In this document: piece by piece, positions 24,451-36,562 of the stretch
How the letters are laid out: each line of letters opens with the position of its first letter
Numbering within the stretch: position 1 is the first letter of the stretch
Assembly (NCBI GenBank): GCA_025594325.1
Contig: JANHCV010000005.1
Coordinates: 1,426,001-1,490,000, forward strand
DNA: 64,000 bases
From: Blastocladiella emersonii ATCC 22665
Lineage: Eukaryota > Fungi > Blastocladiomycota
Direction of reading: 5' to 3'
Position numbers and translations under genes: made by a program
Notes under the pieces: generated by a model
Told to the model about the DNA's origin: nothing
The model's database searches: none
What the model saw: the letters and a program-made list of their open reading frames with translations, nothing else

Positions 24451-24977
24451 TAGTTGGAAGCCGCGCTACCTCTCCTCGCTCACATCGACCCGACTCGTGT
24501 TTGTACGCGCGCGCGTGCCGCGTAACGACAAATCCACCATGCTGTCGCTCGCTCGTCCGCGGCCAGTTGCTTGCCTCGTACACGTACATGGACGGTCTTG
24601 GCTGCCTCTCCACCACAGCTCCGAGTCATGTACGCGTTGACCGAGACGAGGTGAAGCTCAAGGAGAACCGCGGCCGCGGGCGGATCACACAGCAACTCGG
24701 TGATATCGGTACGCGCGGCCGAGACGAGAGCATCCGTACGACGGCTCATGCTGACCGAGCCGCGCGACCACATCACGCCGCGTAGCCTACTCGGCCGTTT
24801 TCGAGTCCTTAATCCTCCGCACGCCTGGACTCGCCTCCATCCTCGACGCCGCTGCCGCGACCAGCGGTGCTGCACGACAACCACGACTCGCTTCCGTGAC
24901 GGTACGCCCCACTCATTCTGCGCGCTGCAGTTGGACTACGGCGGGCTGACGCGTGCGAACTTCGTTCTTCCGAATAG

Positions 24978-27900
24978 GCGCTGCTCTAGGCGCGCATGCT
25001 CGATCGCATCCTCGATGACACGCACCTGCCCAGGCTCGCCTGCTGGATCGACGCGTCGTACGGCTCGCTGCTCATGAACCTGCAGCTCCGCATCGAGGAA
25101 CGCTTCAAGCCCGCATCGGCCTCCTGGTCGGGCGCCGCCGCCGCCAAGGTCAACTCGATCCTCGACCCGCTCCGCGTCAAGGGCGGCCTGACGGCCGCCG
25201 TCGCCGACTTCTTCGCCGCGTTCCCGCGCGTCCACGCCCAGCTGCTCACGACCGAGGACGTATTCTTCCTGCGCACGGCATTCGCCAGCCCAGTGCGCAA
25301 GCCCGCGCCCTTCATCCCCGTGCTCAACGAGTCGCTCGAGGCCTGGTACAAGAAGGACTCGCTGTGGCAGTCCGAGTTCGTCGAGGCGGTCGTCGGCGAG
25401 GACGCGCAGCGCGTGTGCATCCTGCAGGGCCTCGTCGCCACGCGCCACGCCAACGTCGCCAACCTGCCCGTCAAGCAGATCCTCGACACGGTCCGCGACG
25501 GCCACATCGCCGCGGTCCTCGACCGGTTCTACAACGGCGACCTCGCCGCGGTCCCGCGCCGCGGGTACCTCGCCAACTTTGCCCTCCCCGGCCGCCCGTC
25601 TACCGCCAACGTCCTCGTCTTGGTCTCGGGCCCGAAGCGCGTCTTCGAGCTGCCGACCGACGCCGCCAAGCTCCCCGCGGCCGCGACCTGGCTCGCCACG
25701 CTCGTCGCCGGTAACGGCGCGCCCGACTGGCTCCGCGCGCTCGTCCTCGCCCAGCACGTCGTCCAGGGCCGCATGCTCGCCGACAACTACGTGCCGCGGC
25801 TCCTCGCGCCGCGCGCCGGCATGTCGGTCACGGTGACGCCGACCGAGCTCGCCCTCACGCTGCACGACGCGCGCACCCCCGGGCTCGTGATCCGCCGTGG
25901 GGCGGGTGACGAGATCACCATGACGCTCATGCACGCGTACGACGACCACGCGGCCAGCCTCGACCTCGTGTTCCGGTACTCGCCCGAGACACCGTACGCG
26001 CTGATCCACGAGAAGCTCGACGGCCGCAACGCCCGCGTCAAGGCCTTCTACGCGGCGCTGTGGGCCACCGAGGTGGTCGCTGGCGAGGCGCGCAAGTGCA
26101 CGTCCGCGCACGTCGTCGACCGCGACTCGATCGCCCGGTTCTGCAAGGTGGTCCAAAACGACGCCGAGCAGTTTGTCGACCGCGGCCAGGACCGGCTCGC
26201 AGCGCCGCTCGACTACGCCATCGTCGCCGGGTGGCAGTCCGTCGTGCGGCCGCTCTTCTCGGGCCTCATCGACGGCGACCTGCTCAAGCTCGTCCACCTA
26301 AGCAACTCGTTCAAGGTGCTCGTCCCCGGGCGGCTCGTCTACGCCGGCGACAAGATCGAGACCCAGGCCGAGGTCATCTCCATGACCAACACGCCGACGG
26401 GCAAGAAGATCACGGTCAAGGGCACGCTCGCGCGCGACGGCACCGCCCTCGTCGAGGTCACGTCGGCCTTCTTCGTCCGCGGCGCCTTTGACGACTACCA
26501 CCGCACCTTCGACAACGTCGACGAGGAGCCCATCTCGCTCACGGTGCGCCGCCCGCAGGACCTCGCCGTGCTCGAGGCCAAGGAGTACATCTCCTTCGAC
26601 GCCGCCAGCCGTCTCCGTCGCCGTCGGGTCCACGCTCGTGTTCCGCCTCAAGACCCACGTCGAGTACCAGTCCAGCACCGCCTACGCGTCGCTGCACACG
26701 ACCGGCACCATCGAGATGGTCCACATGCAGCAGAACCTGACCGTCGGCCACGTCATGTTCGCGTGCGACCACCCGCTCGCCGTCCAGACGTCGCCCGTCG
26801 TCGCCATGCTCCAGCGCCTCGGCGGCGTCACCGTCGAGCAGCCGTGCCTGTTCGAGGGCGCGGGCAACGGTGCCGGGTACACGGTGCACACGTCCACGTT
26901 CACCGCGCCTGCCTCCAACACGGCGTACGCGTCGGTCTCGGGCGACTACAACCCGATCCACACCAACCCGCTGCTCGCCGACCTCGCCGGGCTCCCCGAC
27001 ACCATCACCCACGGCATGTGGACGTCGGCCATGACCCGCCGCGTCGTCGAGCTGCAAGCCGCCGAGAACCAGCCGTCGCGCGTGCCCTCGTTCGCCGTCG
27101 ACTTCGTCGACATGTGCGTCCCCAACACGGAGCTCACGACCACGCTGCGCCACGTCGGCACGCAGAACGGCCGCATGATCATTGACGTGACGACGGCGGC
27201 GGCCGCTGACGGCCGCGTCCTCGTCAAGGGGACCGCGCAGGTCGCGCAGGCCACGTCGTGCTTCGTGTTCACGGGCCAGGGCTCGCAGGAGGTCGGCATG
27301 GGCATGGACCTGTACGCGTCGTCGCCCGTTGCCCGCGAGATCTGGGACCGCGCCGACGCCCACTTCAAGCGCGAGTTCGGGTTCTCGATCATCGAGATCG
27401 TCCGCACCAACCCCAAGGCCAAGACGGTCCACTTCGGCGGCAAGCGCGGCCGCGCGATCCGCGCCAACTACATGTCCATGACGTACGACGCCGTCGGCGA
27501 GGACGGCAAGGTCACCACCAAGTCGCTGTTCCCGACCGTCACCGAGGACACCGAGTCGTACACGTTCCACGCGCCCCAGGGCCTCCTGTACGCGACCCAG
27601 TTCACGCAGCCCGCCCTCACGCTCGTCGAGAAGGCCGCCTTCGCCGACATGGAGGCCCACGGTCTCGTCTCGCCCGACTGCCCCTTTGCCGGCCACTCGC
27701 TCGGCGAGTACGCCGCGCTCGCGCTCGGCGAGTACGCGGCGCTCGCGTCGGTCGCCGACGTGCTCCCCGTCGAGTCGCTCGTCGACATTGTCTTCTACCG
27801 CGGCATGACCATGGAGCACGCCGTGGTGCGCGCGGCCAACGGGTCGTCCAACTTCGGCATGTGCGCCGTCAACCTGGCGCGCGTCCACAAGTTCTTCAAG

Positions 27901-30330
27901 GAGAAGGACCTCGAGGACCTCGTCGCGCACGTCCGCGGCGTCACGGGCAGCCTGCTCGAGATCGTCAACTACAACGTCGACGGGTGGCAGTACGTGGTCG
28001 CCGGCGACCTGCAGGGGCTCAACGCCCTGACGCTCGTCCTCAACGCGGTCGCGCGCGGCGTCTTCGACCAGGCCAAGCTCGAGAAGCTCGTGCGCACCGC
28101 CGACTTCAAGAACATGCCGCTGGCGCGCGGCCACGCCACGATCCCGCTCGCCAGTATCGATGTGCCGTTCCACTCGTCGTTCCTGCTCCCCGGCGTCGCG
28201 CCGTTCCGCGAGTACCTCCAGCGCAAGATCAAGCCCGCGTACATCCACGCGCAGCGCCTCGAGGCTCGCTACATCCCGAACCTCACGGCCAAGCCGTTCC
28301 GCGTCACCCGCGAGTACATTGCTGCGGTCGCCGACCAGACCCAGTCGCCCGTCCTCCAGGCGCTGGTGCCCAAGCTCGCGCTCGCGACCCCCGAGGACAA
28401 GCAGGTCGTCGCCCACACGCTGCTCATCGAGCTGCTCGCGTACCAGTTCGCGTCGGCCGTCCGCTGGATCGAGACCCAGGACGTGCTCTTCGCCGAGTAC
28501 AAGGTCGAGCGCATCATCGAGGTCGGACCCTCGTCCACGCTCGTCGGCATGGCCGAGCGCACCCTCAAGCTCAAGTACACGGCCTACGACGACGCACTCA
28601 CCTTCCGCCGCGACAACCTCTCGTAGGCGCGCAACCACCAGTACATTTACTACGAGTTCCAGGACGCGGAGGTCGCGGCTGCTCCCGCCGCCGGCTCGTC
28701 GTCGAGTTCGCCGGCTCCCGCCGCTTGGGCCCCTGCCGCTGCTGCTCCCGTGGCCGCGGCGCCCGCCGCCGCCGGTGGTCAGGCCGAGAACGTGCCCGAG
28801 GTGCCGATCGCGTCAACGCTGCTGCTTGGCGCCATCATCGCGCAGAAGCTCAAGAAGCCGCTCGCCGAGCTGCCCATGTCCAAAACCATCAAGGACCTGG
28901 TCGGCGGCAAGTCGACGATGCAGAAAGAGATCCTCGGCGACCTGCAGAAGGAGATCAACACGATCCCCGAGCGCGCCGAGGAGACGCCGCTCGACGAGCT
29001 CGCGGCCCAGATCCCCGCCGCCGGCCTTGGCAAGCACACCACGGCGCTCGTGTCCAAGCTGATCGCCGCCAAGATGCCCGGCGGCTTCACCATGACCATG
29101 GTCAAGGACCACCCCAAGGCCGCGTACGGGCTCGGCCCGCAGCGCGCCGACGGCCTCCTGCTCCTCGGCTGCACCATGGAGCCCGCCAACCGCCTCGACA
29201 ACGAGGACGAGGCCAAGAAGTGGCTCGCGGCCGTCGCCCAGGCGTACGCCCAGATCGCCGGCGTCCAGTACAAGTCGGCCGGCGGGTCCTCGGGCTCGGG
29301 CGCCGCGGCCGCCGCGCCCGCCATGTCCTCGGCCCAGCTCAAGGCCCTGTTCGCGTCGCAGCAGCAGCTGTGGACGTCGCAGCTCAACGCGCTGGCCTCG
29401 GCGCTCGACGTCGACCTGCACGCATCGGCCGGGATCGTCGCGCAGCAGGCGGCGACGCTCGAGTCGCTGCAGTCGCAGCTCGACCTGTGGGTCGCCGAGC
29501 ACGGCGACACGTACGCGCAGGGGATCGTGCCCATGTTCGAGCCGCGCAAGGCGCGCCACTTCGACTCGGCGTGGAACTGGGTCCGCCAGCACGTGCTGTC
29601 GCTCTTCTTCGACATCATCTTCGGCCGCCTGCGCGACGTCGACCGCGCCCTCATTGCGCAGTGCCTGCACGTCATGAACCGCGCCGACCCCGCCGTCATC
29701 GAGTTCATGGAGTACTGGCTCGACCACCACCTGCCCTTCTTCGTCGACGTCGACGACCAGAAGTACGACCTCGTGCGCCGCCTCGGCCGCGAGCTCGTCA
29801 ACAACTGCAAGGAGGCGGCCGGCGTCGACTCCGTGTACAAGTACGTCGAGGTGCCGACCGGCCCGAGCACCGTGCTCACCGACGCGGGCAAGATCGAGTA
29901 CGCCGAGGTGCAGCGCGCCGGCGTGCGCAAGATGGCCGCGTACGTCGAGAAGATGCACAAGGAGGGGCACCTGCACATCAAGTCGCGCAAGGCGTGCGAC
30001 TGGTCGGCCGACGACGACAAGACCGCCACGCTGTTCCGCATCACGCACGAGGTCGCCGAGGAGGGCCTGTCGCTCGCGGGCAAGACCATGCTCATCACGG
30101 GCTGCGGCCGCGACTCGATCGGCGCGTCGGTCCTCAAGGGCGCGCTGTCGGCCGGCGCCAAGGTCGTCGTCACCACGTCGTCCTTCTCGCAGGCCGCGAC
30201 CCAGCACTACCGCACCATCTTCGAGCAGCACGGGTCGCGCGGCTCGGCGCTCGTCGTCGTGCCCTTCAACGCCGGCAGCCACACCGACACCCAGAAGCTC
30301 GTCCAGTACATCTACGGCGAGCTCGGCCGA
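24978..30330 (+). pseudogene. FAS1/FAS2: Internal 5.3-kb fragment of a single-chain (beta-alpha fused) fungal type-I fatty acid synthase; disrupted
   Basis: ER end (PFIPVL..WYKKDSLWQSE), dehydratase ([15 protein letters not shown]), MPT ([19 protein letters not shown]), alpha-type [24 protein letters not shown] (GGKST), KR start (LITGCGRDSIG). In-frame TAG at 24987 and 28624, frameshift near 26610, truncated at both ends. Confidence 0.9.
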
Positions 30331-30334
30331 CGCT

Positions 30335-30530
30335 CGGCGGCGCAAACGAGGCCGACATGGTCCAGTGCGCCTACCGCCTCATCGACATGATCTCTGGGCT
30401 GCACTGGGACTTCCCGAAATCGGTGGTGGCGATCGCAGGGCTCGAGGACATTCTGCGCCGGGTCCCCAAAGGGCCGGAACGCGAGCGACGGCTCACGGAG
30501 CTGTTCCGGCTTCTGCGCTCAGGCCAGTAA
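30335..30530 (+). pseudogene. Foreign terminal coding fragment fused to the truncated FAS KR domain
   Basis: FAS similarity stops after QKLVQYIYGELG. A different frame then reads GGANEADMVQCAYRLIDMISGLHWDFPKSVVAIAGLEDILRRVPKGPERERRLTELFRLLRSGQ*. Confidence 0.45.
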
Positions 30531-31373
30531 TTCGGATTTGCTGCCGCCATCATTTTCGCTTGCATCACACCACTTGCTGCTGAATACACTTGATTGTTGC
30601 GCACACACACACTGGAATCCCACAATGGTGTTTACGTTCGAATTGAGGCTGTTGGTTTGGTTCGCGTGCCTCGCGTCTGAGACGACGCGTTGCGCCACGC
30701 ACGTGAGCGGCGGGCTGCTGTCGAGTTCTGACAGTATCACCCGCCTTGTATCTTGAGCGAATATAACCCGAGCTGTTGCTGTTTCTCGAGAAGGTCAAAT
30801 GCGGCGCTGCGTACTTTGCTAGAGTTGGTAGTCCTCGAGTACGGGGGCGCGGGTGAGCCGTCTACTACAGGGTCTCTGTGGGTCCGGGCCACGGCAGATC
30901 GAGGGAGTTTTGGGTTCCAGTTCGAACCTTGAGGGGTTCGAGGTTGACCATCATCAATCGTGTGCGCCCTTAGCCAACCCTCCTTGGGAATTAGACTTTT
31001 CTGCTTGCGCTCCACTCCCTATATCCAAAAACCTCGTCCTCTCCCCGAAAACAAACCCTTTTGCCTTTCTAACTGAATTAATAGCTTTTATTTTACGCGA
31101 CAGGAAATGCCAAAGCGCCGGCACTTCGGGAGACATGCACAAGACGCGTCGCGTCGCGTCGTGTCACGTCACGTCGCCAAGGTGCTGCCTGCTTTCGTTA
31201 CGAGCGACACATGGCCTCCGCTCGCATCCCGTCTTCGCACCGCGTGCAAAGAACTCGTGACACACTTGAAGTCGACACAATGGAATCTCGCTCTGGTGCT
31301 GGCCAAGCTTGGGTCGCGCACGAGCGCGAACGCCATTGGTTCGTTGCGTAGCGGGTTCTCTGTTCCGGCGCAC

Positions 31374-31670
31374 GTTGGCGAGCTGGTTGTCGAGGTAGTA
31401 CTTGGTATCGATGGGCAGGTTATTCTCCAGGACGAAGAGGGGGTCCTCGGCCTTCTCCCACGCGGCGGATCCCTTGGCGCCCTGGATGATGACGTAGGCG
31501 ACGCGGTCGCCGATATTGGGTGCAGACCCGGCGTCGCGCTTGCGCATGCGGTCGGCGAGCTCGACGTGCGCCTGCTTGCCGGCGTACTCGGTCTTGGACA
31601 GGGCCTTGGTGATGACGAGCTGCGACAGGTCGATGCGGTTTTGCAGCAGGTCGGCGATGGTGTGAGTGAT
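31374..31670 (-). pseudogene. POL3: Isolated exon of the DNA polymerase delta catalytic subunit
   Basis: [59 protein letters not shown]...[26 protein letters not shown], ending at a GTGCGC donor; no other POL3 exons nearby. Confidence 0.88.
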
Positions 31671-32014
31671 GTGACGCCGAGGTCATGCGATCGGGAACGC
31701 GAAGGGAGCAAGGCGCAAAGCTCGACGCGTGATCGACAGGCACATACATGATCGCAGGGGAGTGGCACGCAGCCGCACTTGTCTTAGCCTCCCCTACATA
31801 GACTTTGGTGAGCGGAAACTGAGAACGAACAGTAACTGCGCATCGAGTTGCGAGACTTGATGCGAGAGCTGATACGAGACCAGATGCAAGACGCGACCTG
31901 AAACGCGTCGAATGTAGTCTCGTGACAACAGCTGATGCGAGTGAGCGGCTGAACGCGAGCCGGCTCGCGTTTCTTCTCTCCCCTATCACCTTCTCGCAAC
32001 CCATACGTAAACAA

Positions 32015-33434
32015 ATGAAACCACCTCATGCAACTGCTCCGGTGCCAGTGCTCGATGTCGAGAGCGCCAGCCTACTGCCTTCAACGCGACTTTTGTACCA
32101 GCCCGCCTTAACTCTGCGACCATCGACGCCGACGCCTCCCGAGCTATCGCTTCCCGAGTGCTACTCTCCGCCTGTCGGAATCGTGGAGCTCTCGACGACA
32201 CCGAACGGAATCGACGCTGCTTTGAGTTGGCCAGTCTCAGCCACAGACCTGTCCACACCGTGGCGATTCGCTTCGAGCGAGACCGTGCCGCACTTTTGGC
32301 TGGACTCGGCAGTCCACTTGCACAACTTGGGCCTCTCGCCGCCTTTCGAAGCGTCGACTCCTCCCAGCACAATCCCATATGCTTTCGAGTACGAGGAACG
32401 AACATCTTTGTGGCCGACCTCGACTGCGGCTCCGAGCATCATACCGCCATCATCCCACACGGTTACCGTCGACTCTGGAGCCGATGCACTGGTCCCGACG
32501 CTCACAGTTTCCGACCAGAATACCGAGTCGGCGCAGGCTTCACTTTCGCCATCGCAGGTCTCGCCCGCGTCGCCGGCTGGACCTGCGCCTGATGCACCAA
32601 CCTCGTCAAACGTGGAATCGGCCGGCGGAAGTAGTATTGCGGTTCACACACGACCCAGCTTGACCTATCCGGAGCTCTTTTGCCAAGCGCTCGCTTCAGT
32701 CCCCAATCGGACCATGACTGCCGTGGAGATCTTTGCATGGATTGCGAGGCACTACCCGTACTACGGCGCCATGGACAAGGCCCAAACCAAGGTTCAAATG
32801 GTACGTCCCCTTATTTTCTTCGAGCTTACCGCCCGTCATAGCCCTTACACTTACGCCGCCCGTCACCCCGTGGGTTGTTTAGCACTCAATTGCCGCCGCG
32901 CTGTCGTCGCCAGCTGGTTTTATGCGAATCCAGTCCCCCACTGGCGCCCGGGCTGGTTTGTGGACGGCGTCCGAGACCTACATCACATCCGTGCTCAGTC
33001 GCATCCCCATCGAGAATCGTGTCCAGCAGCAGTCCGAGGATTTGGTTGCTTCTGTCAACCCGGCCACCGAGGTCATCACAGCGACTGATCCCGCCACGGG
33101 CACGGTCCACGCACGGCCGGCGCTTCAGTACCACCAGCTGGTGAACGCTGCGATTGCATCCTCGCCGGGCTGCGATATGACGTCCGGACAACTGTTTGCT
33201 CGGATTACGCGCGAGCACCCGTACTTTCTGTTCGCTGAGCGCGAGAAGCTTCGGGTGCGTCTTGTCCTGCACACAAGCGAGCGGGACCGCGCCCGCCACT
33301 CGGTTCACTCACTCTCGCTTGTGTCGTAGATGTCGATCAGGCATAAGTTGTACAGGATGCGCTTAGCCGCTGCCGCTGCTTCGGCCCCTTCGCCAGCTTT
33401 CGATCGACCTGCGAAGCGGCGCCGCTCGAAGTGA
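32015..33434 (+). CDS. Divergent transcription factor with two forkhead (winged-helix)-like domains; introns 32801-32882 and 33255-33329
   Basis: FH1: RPSLTYPELFCQALASVPNRTMTAVEIFAWIARHYPYY...KVQM|HSIAAALS...FMRI...GLWT. FH2: RPALQYHQLVNAAIASSPGCDMTSGQLFARITREHPYF...KLR|MSIRHKL. C-terminal PAKRRRSK NLS. Confidence 0.75.
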
Positions 33435-33906
33435 ATAGCTGTCCGTGTAGTACAATACGATTGTATACATGTGCGACGCGTATCTAGGAATTGAGTGAGT
33501 GTTCCAAGGAAGTGAGGGTACGATCGTGAATGACGCAAATTGGCGGACGCGCAAAGTGCGGCACCGAATCTCGGTCGTTGACGCGATGCGCCACTCACGT
33601 GAAATATTCCGCGCGCGCTTGCGCTCGTTCGTGGCCCGATCGCCCTCATAGTGCGCCCGGATGCACGGGTGCACGCCACGATCTGCCGTACTCTTATCAA
33701 ACGAGTCGTCAAGCATGTTTCCTCGATGCGAATCGCGCGGCCAACGACGATCTGGATGGTCGATCGTTGACGGTTTCGCAATAGGTCACTAATCGGACGA
33801 GCACTCCCTCTCACGAAGCAATGAAGACCAAGTGATGCAAAAGTCTGGGCCCAAGGCCGCCGTCTTATTCTTCTCCTTCTTACAAAACTCTCCATCATCC
33901 CATCGA

Positions 33907-36447
33907 TCAGTTGCAGTCAGCCGGCAACGTGAAATCCTCGACAATCGCGGCCGACGCGGGGTTGCCCGAGGCGTTTGGCCCGAGCCCGCGCTTGGCGAAC
34001 CCGCGCCAGACGTCGCACCGGTACACGCCGCCGCGGGTGAGCGCGGCCTCGGCCTGCAGGAACGCGTCGCGCGCCTCGAGGAAGCTCGGGTTGCACGGCT
34101 GGATCTTGAGTGCGTTGATCATGATCTGCATGAACAGCTCGTTGCCGCGCAGCGGCGTCGGCTGCGGCGACGGGCGCGGCCGGCGACCGCCGCTGCCGCT
34201 TGACGCGACCAGGGCCTCGTCATCGACGCCGCGCGCGGCGAGGGACACGTCCGTGACCTGGTCAGCCGCAGCCTCGCTGCCGAGCGCCGCGGCGACCGCG
34301 CCGGCGGCCTCGACGAGCGCCGCGACCTTGCCCTGCGGGGACACGAGCGCGCGGAACCCGCGGCGGTCGATGAGGTTCCAGTACACCTCCCACAGCGCGC
34401 TAGCCCAAACCTCGCCGAGCTTGTGCACCTCCTGGTACGCGGCCGTGTTGATGACCTGGAAGGTCGTCGGGTTGGTGGTGGCCGAGACGGGGCCCGCGTT
34501 GTACGGGTAGGTGCGCAGGCCGTTCGCGTTGTTGACGAGCCAGGTGCTGAGCGGGCGCGGCGTCGAGCGGACCTGCGCGGGTTTCGCGGTCACGGCCAGC
34601 GCCATGGTGTCCGACCACCCCTCGCCGAGCCCCGCCGACTCGAGCGTGTTGAGGCAGTTGGCGTTGGCGGGGCCGCCCGTCAGCCGGTTCGACACGCCGT
34701 GGAAGAACTCGTGCGCGATGACGGCCGGGTCCAGGTCCGAGTCGCGCCGCGGCGTCGCCGTCGTGAACAGGCCCATGGACATGCGCGGGCTACGGGTGCG
34801 TGCGGATCGGGCCACGATGGTCAGTCATCTGCTCCATATACGGTCCGAGTTCAAGGGAAGAAAAACGTACGAGGTGCCATCGGGCGGCGTCGCCATGAAC
34901 GCGTTGTTGGGCGCGGCCGCGTCCTGGGCCGTGGCGACGACGGGGTCGTACTGGAGCCCGCCGCGGCCGAGGTTGTTCTGCTGGAAGTTGCCCGACCGCT
35001 CGTCGAACCCGAACCGGTACGTCACGTCGTGCATGATGTTGTTCCAGAAGAAGAGGTTGGTCGTGGCCGCGTCGGCGTTGTTGTCGCCCGTCGCCGGGTC
35101 GATGGTGAGGTCGGGCCGCGCCGTGAACTGCAGCGCGGTGCCACCCTGCGCGCGGCGGCCGTTGCCCGGCCCGTCGCCCGCGCGGTCCTCCTCGGCGAGC
35201 ACGTTGTTCCCGCGCGTGTCCGTGAACTTGGCGCCGGCGACGCCCTGGTCGTGCCACCCGAGCGGCGACGCCGTGCTCGCCGTCGACACGAAGCTGAGCG
35301 TCGTGATGCCCGCACCGTCAACGGGGCTGTCGGTCTGCGGCGGCACCACCGAGTACTGCGCGTCGGCCGACCAGTCGAAGATGGCCTCGACCGCGCCCGT
35401 CACGGCGTTGACGTGCGCGTTGTACCACGACGAGCCCGTGTCGACGACGAAATCGTAGACGAGCGCCAGCTCGCCCGCGTCCGTCTGCAGGTACGCGAAC
35501 TTGGCGGGCACCGGCGACTTGGCGGCGGGCGCCGTGATCTCGAACGTGCACGCCGACGCGAGCGCGGCCTGCGGCTGGCCCGCGGCCTGCGCGGCAAACT
35601 CGGGCTCGGGCTCAGCGGTCCCAGCCTCGGCGGCAGCGGCCGCAGCGTCGGCGGGCGTGATCTCCTTGACGCCCGCGACGCTTGCGTCGATCCCGAGCGC
35701 CGCCGCGAGGGCGACGAACGCCGACTCGGGCGTGTGCGGCAGCTGCGCGCGGCCGGCGGGCGAGTCGAGGGCAGGCGGCGCCGACGGGCGAGCGCCGCGG
35801 AACAGGCGGTCGCCGTAGCTGATCACACGACCCGACGCATCGACGTTGACGTTGACGTCGGCGTTGACAATCTCGAGCCCGTGGACGACCTGGCGCAGGT
35901 GGACGGCCGTGAGCACCGTGTCGTCGCCCGAGCCGGTGGTGCGGCCCGCGAGGTCGCACACGTCGGCGGGCGACGTGAGCAGGATGTCCTTGATACGCAG
36001 CTCCGACGCGGGGATGTCGAGCGTGTGCGCGGCGAGGGCGAGGGCCACGGCGGCCGGGTCGGTCGCGGTCCCGCCGGCCGCAGCGAGCGACGCGACCGAG
36101 GCGTCGATGGCCGTGACGAACTTGGCCGCCTTGAGCACGGGCACCGTCTTCGTGATCGGCGCGCACGAGGCTGCGGTCGCCGGCACGGCGGCAGCAGCGG
36201 GGGCCGCAACAACGGCCGGGACCACCTCAGCGACCGCAGTCGCCGCAGGCGCGTCGGCGAGGACCGAGACGCCGCTCGCGAGCTCCGAGACGGGAGGAAG
36301 CCCGGTAGCGCACGGGGTGGGAGTCGGGGTCGGCGGAATCACGCCAGCGCGGACGGGCGCCGAGGACGCGGCGATCGCGAGCACGCCGAGGATGGCGAGT
36401 AGCGACAGCTTCTTGGCCTTGTTGGTGGTGGAGGTGGCGCGGGTCAT
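33907..36447 (-). CDS. Secreted fungalysin metalloprotease (M36), copy 2; intron 34790-34870
   Basis: Same motifs as copy 1 (signal peptide, HEFFH, GEGWSD, QPCNPSF), with a different N-terminal linker and a shorter insert. Confidence 0.95.
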
Positions 36448-36556
36448 GACGTCTAGTCGTTGATGCGTAGTAGGTAGCGGGGGGAGGGACGTTGCTGCTC
36501 AGTGTGCGTGCGGCTGCTGAACAGGTTAGCGATGGTGGCGGGCGGGCCGCGCGGGG

Positions 36557-36562
36557 TTTATA
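36557..36562 (-). promoter_or_regulatory. TATA box of fungalysin copy 2
   Basis: TATAAA 110 bp upstream of the ATG; context gcgggcgggccgcgcgg..tttatactcg shared with copy 1. Confidence 0.6.

Noticed and set aside
30922-30941. TCGAACC-loop-GGTTCGA hairpin in an AT-rich patch as a Helitron 3' end
   Set aside because: Only a 7-bp stem, no CTRR at the expected 10-12 nt spacing and no matching 5' TC end identifiable.
5-36402. Very long antisense or alternate-frame ORFs (e.g. 5-2074 +, 2723-5680 +, 26539-28638 -, 27258-30530 +, 34423-36402 +)
   Set aside because: Shadow ORFs produced by extreme GC3 bias of the real genes; R/G/A-rich translations with no motifs.
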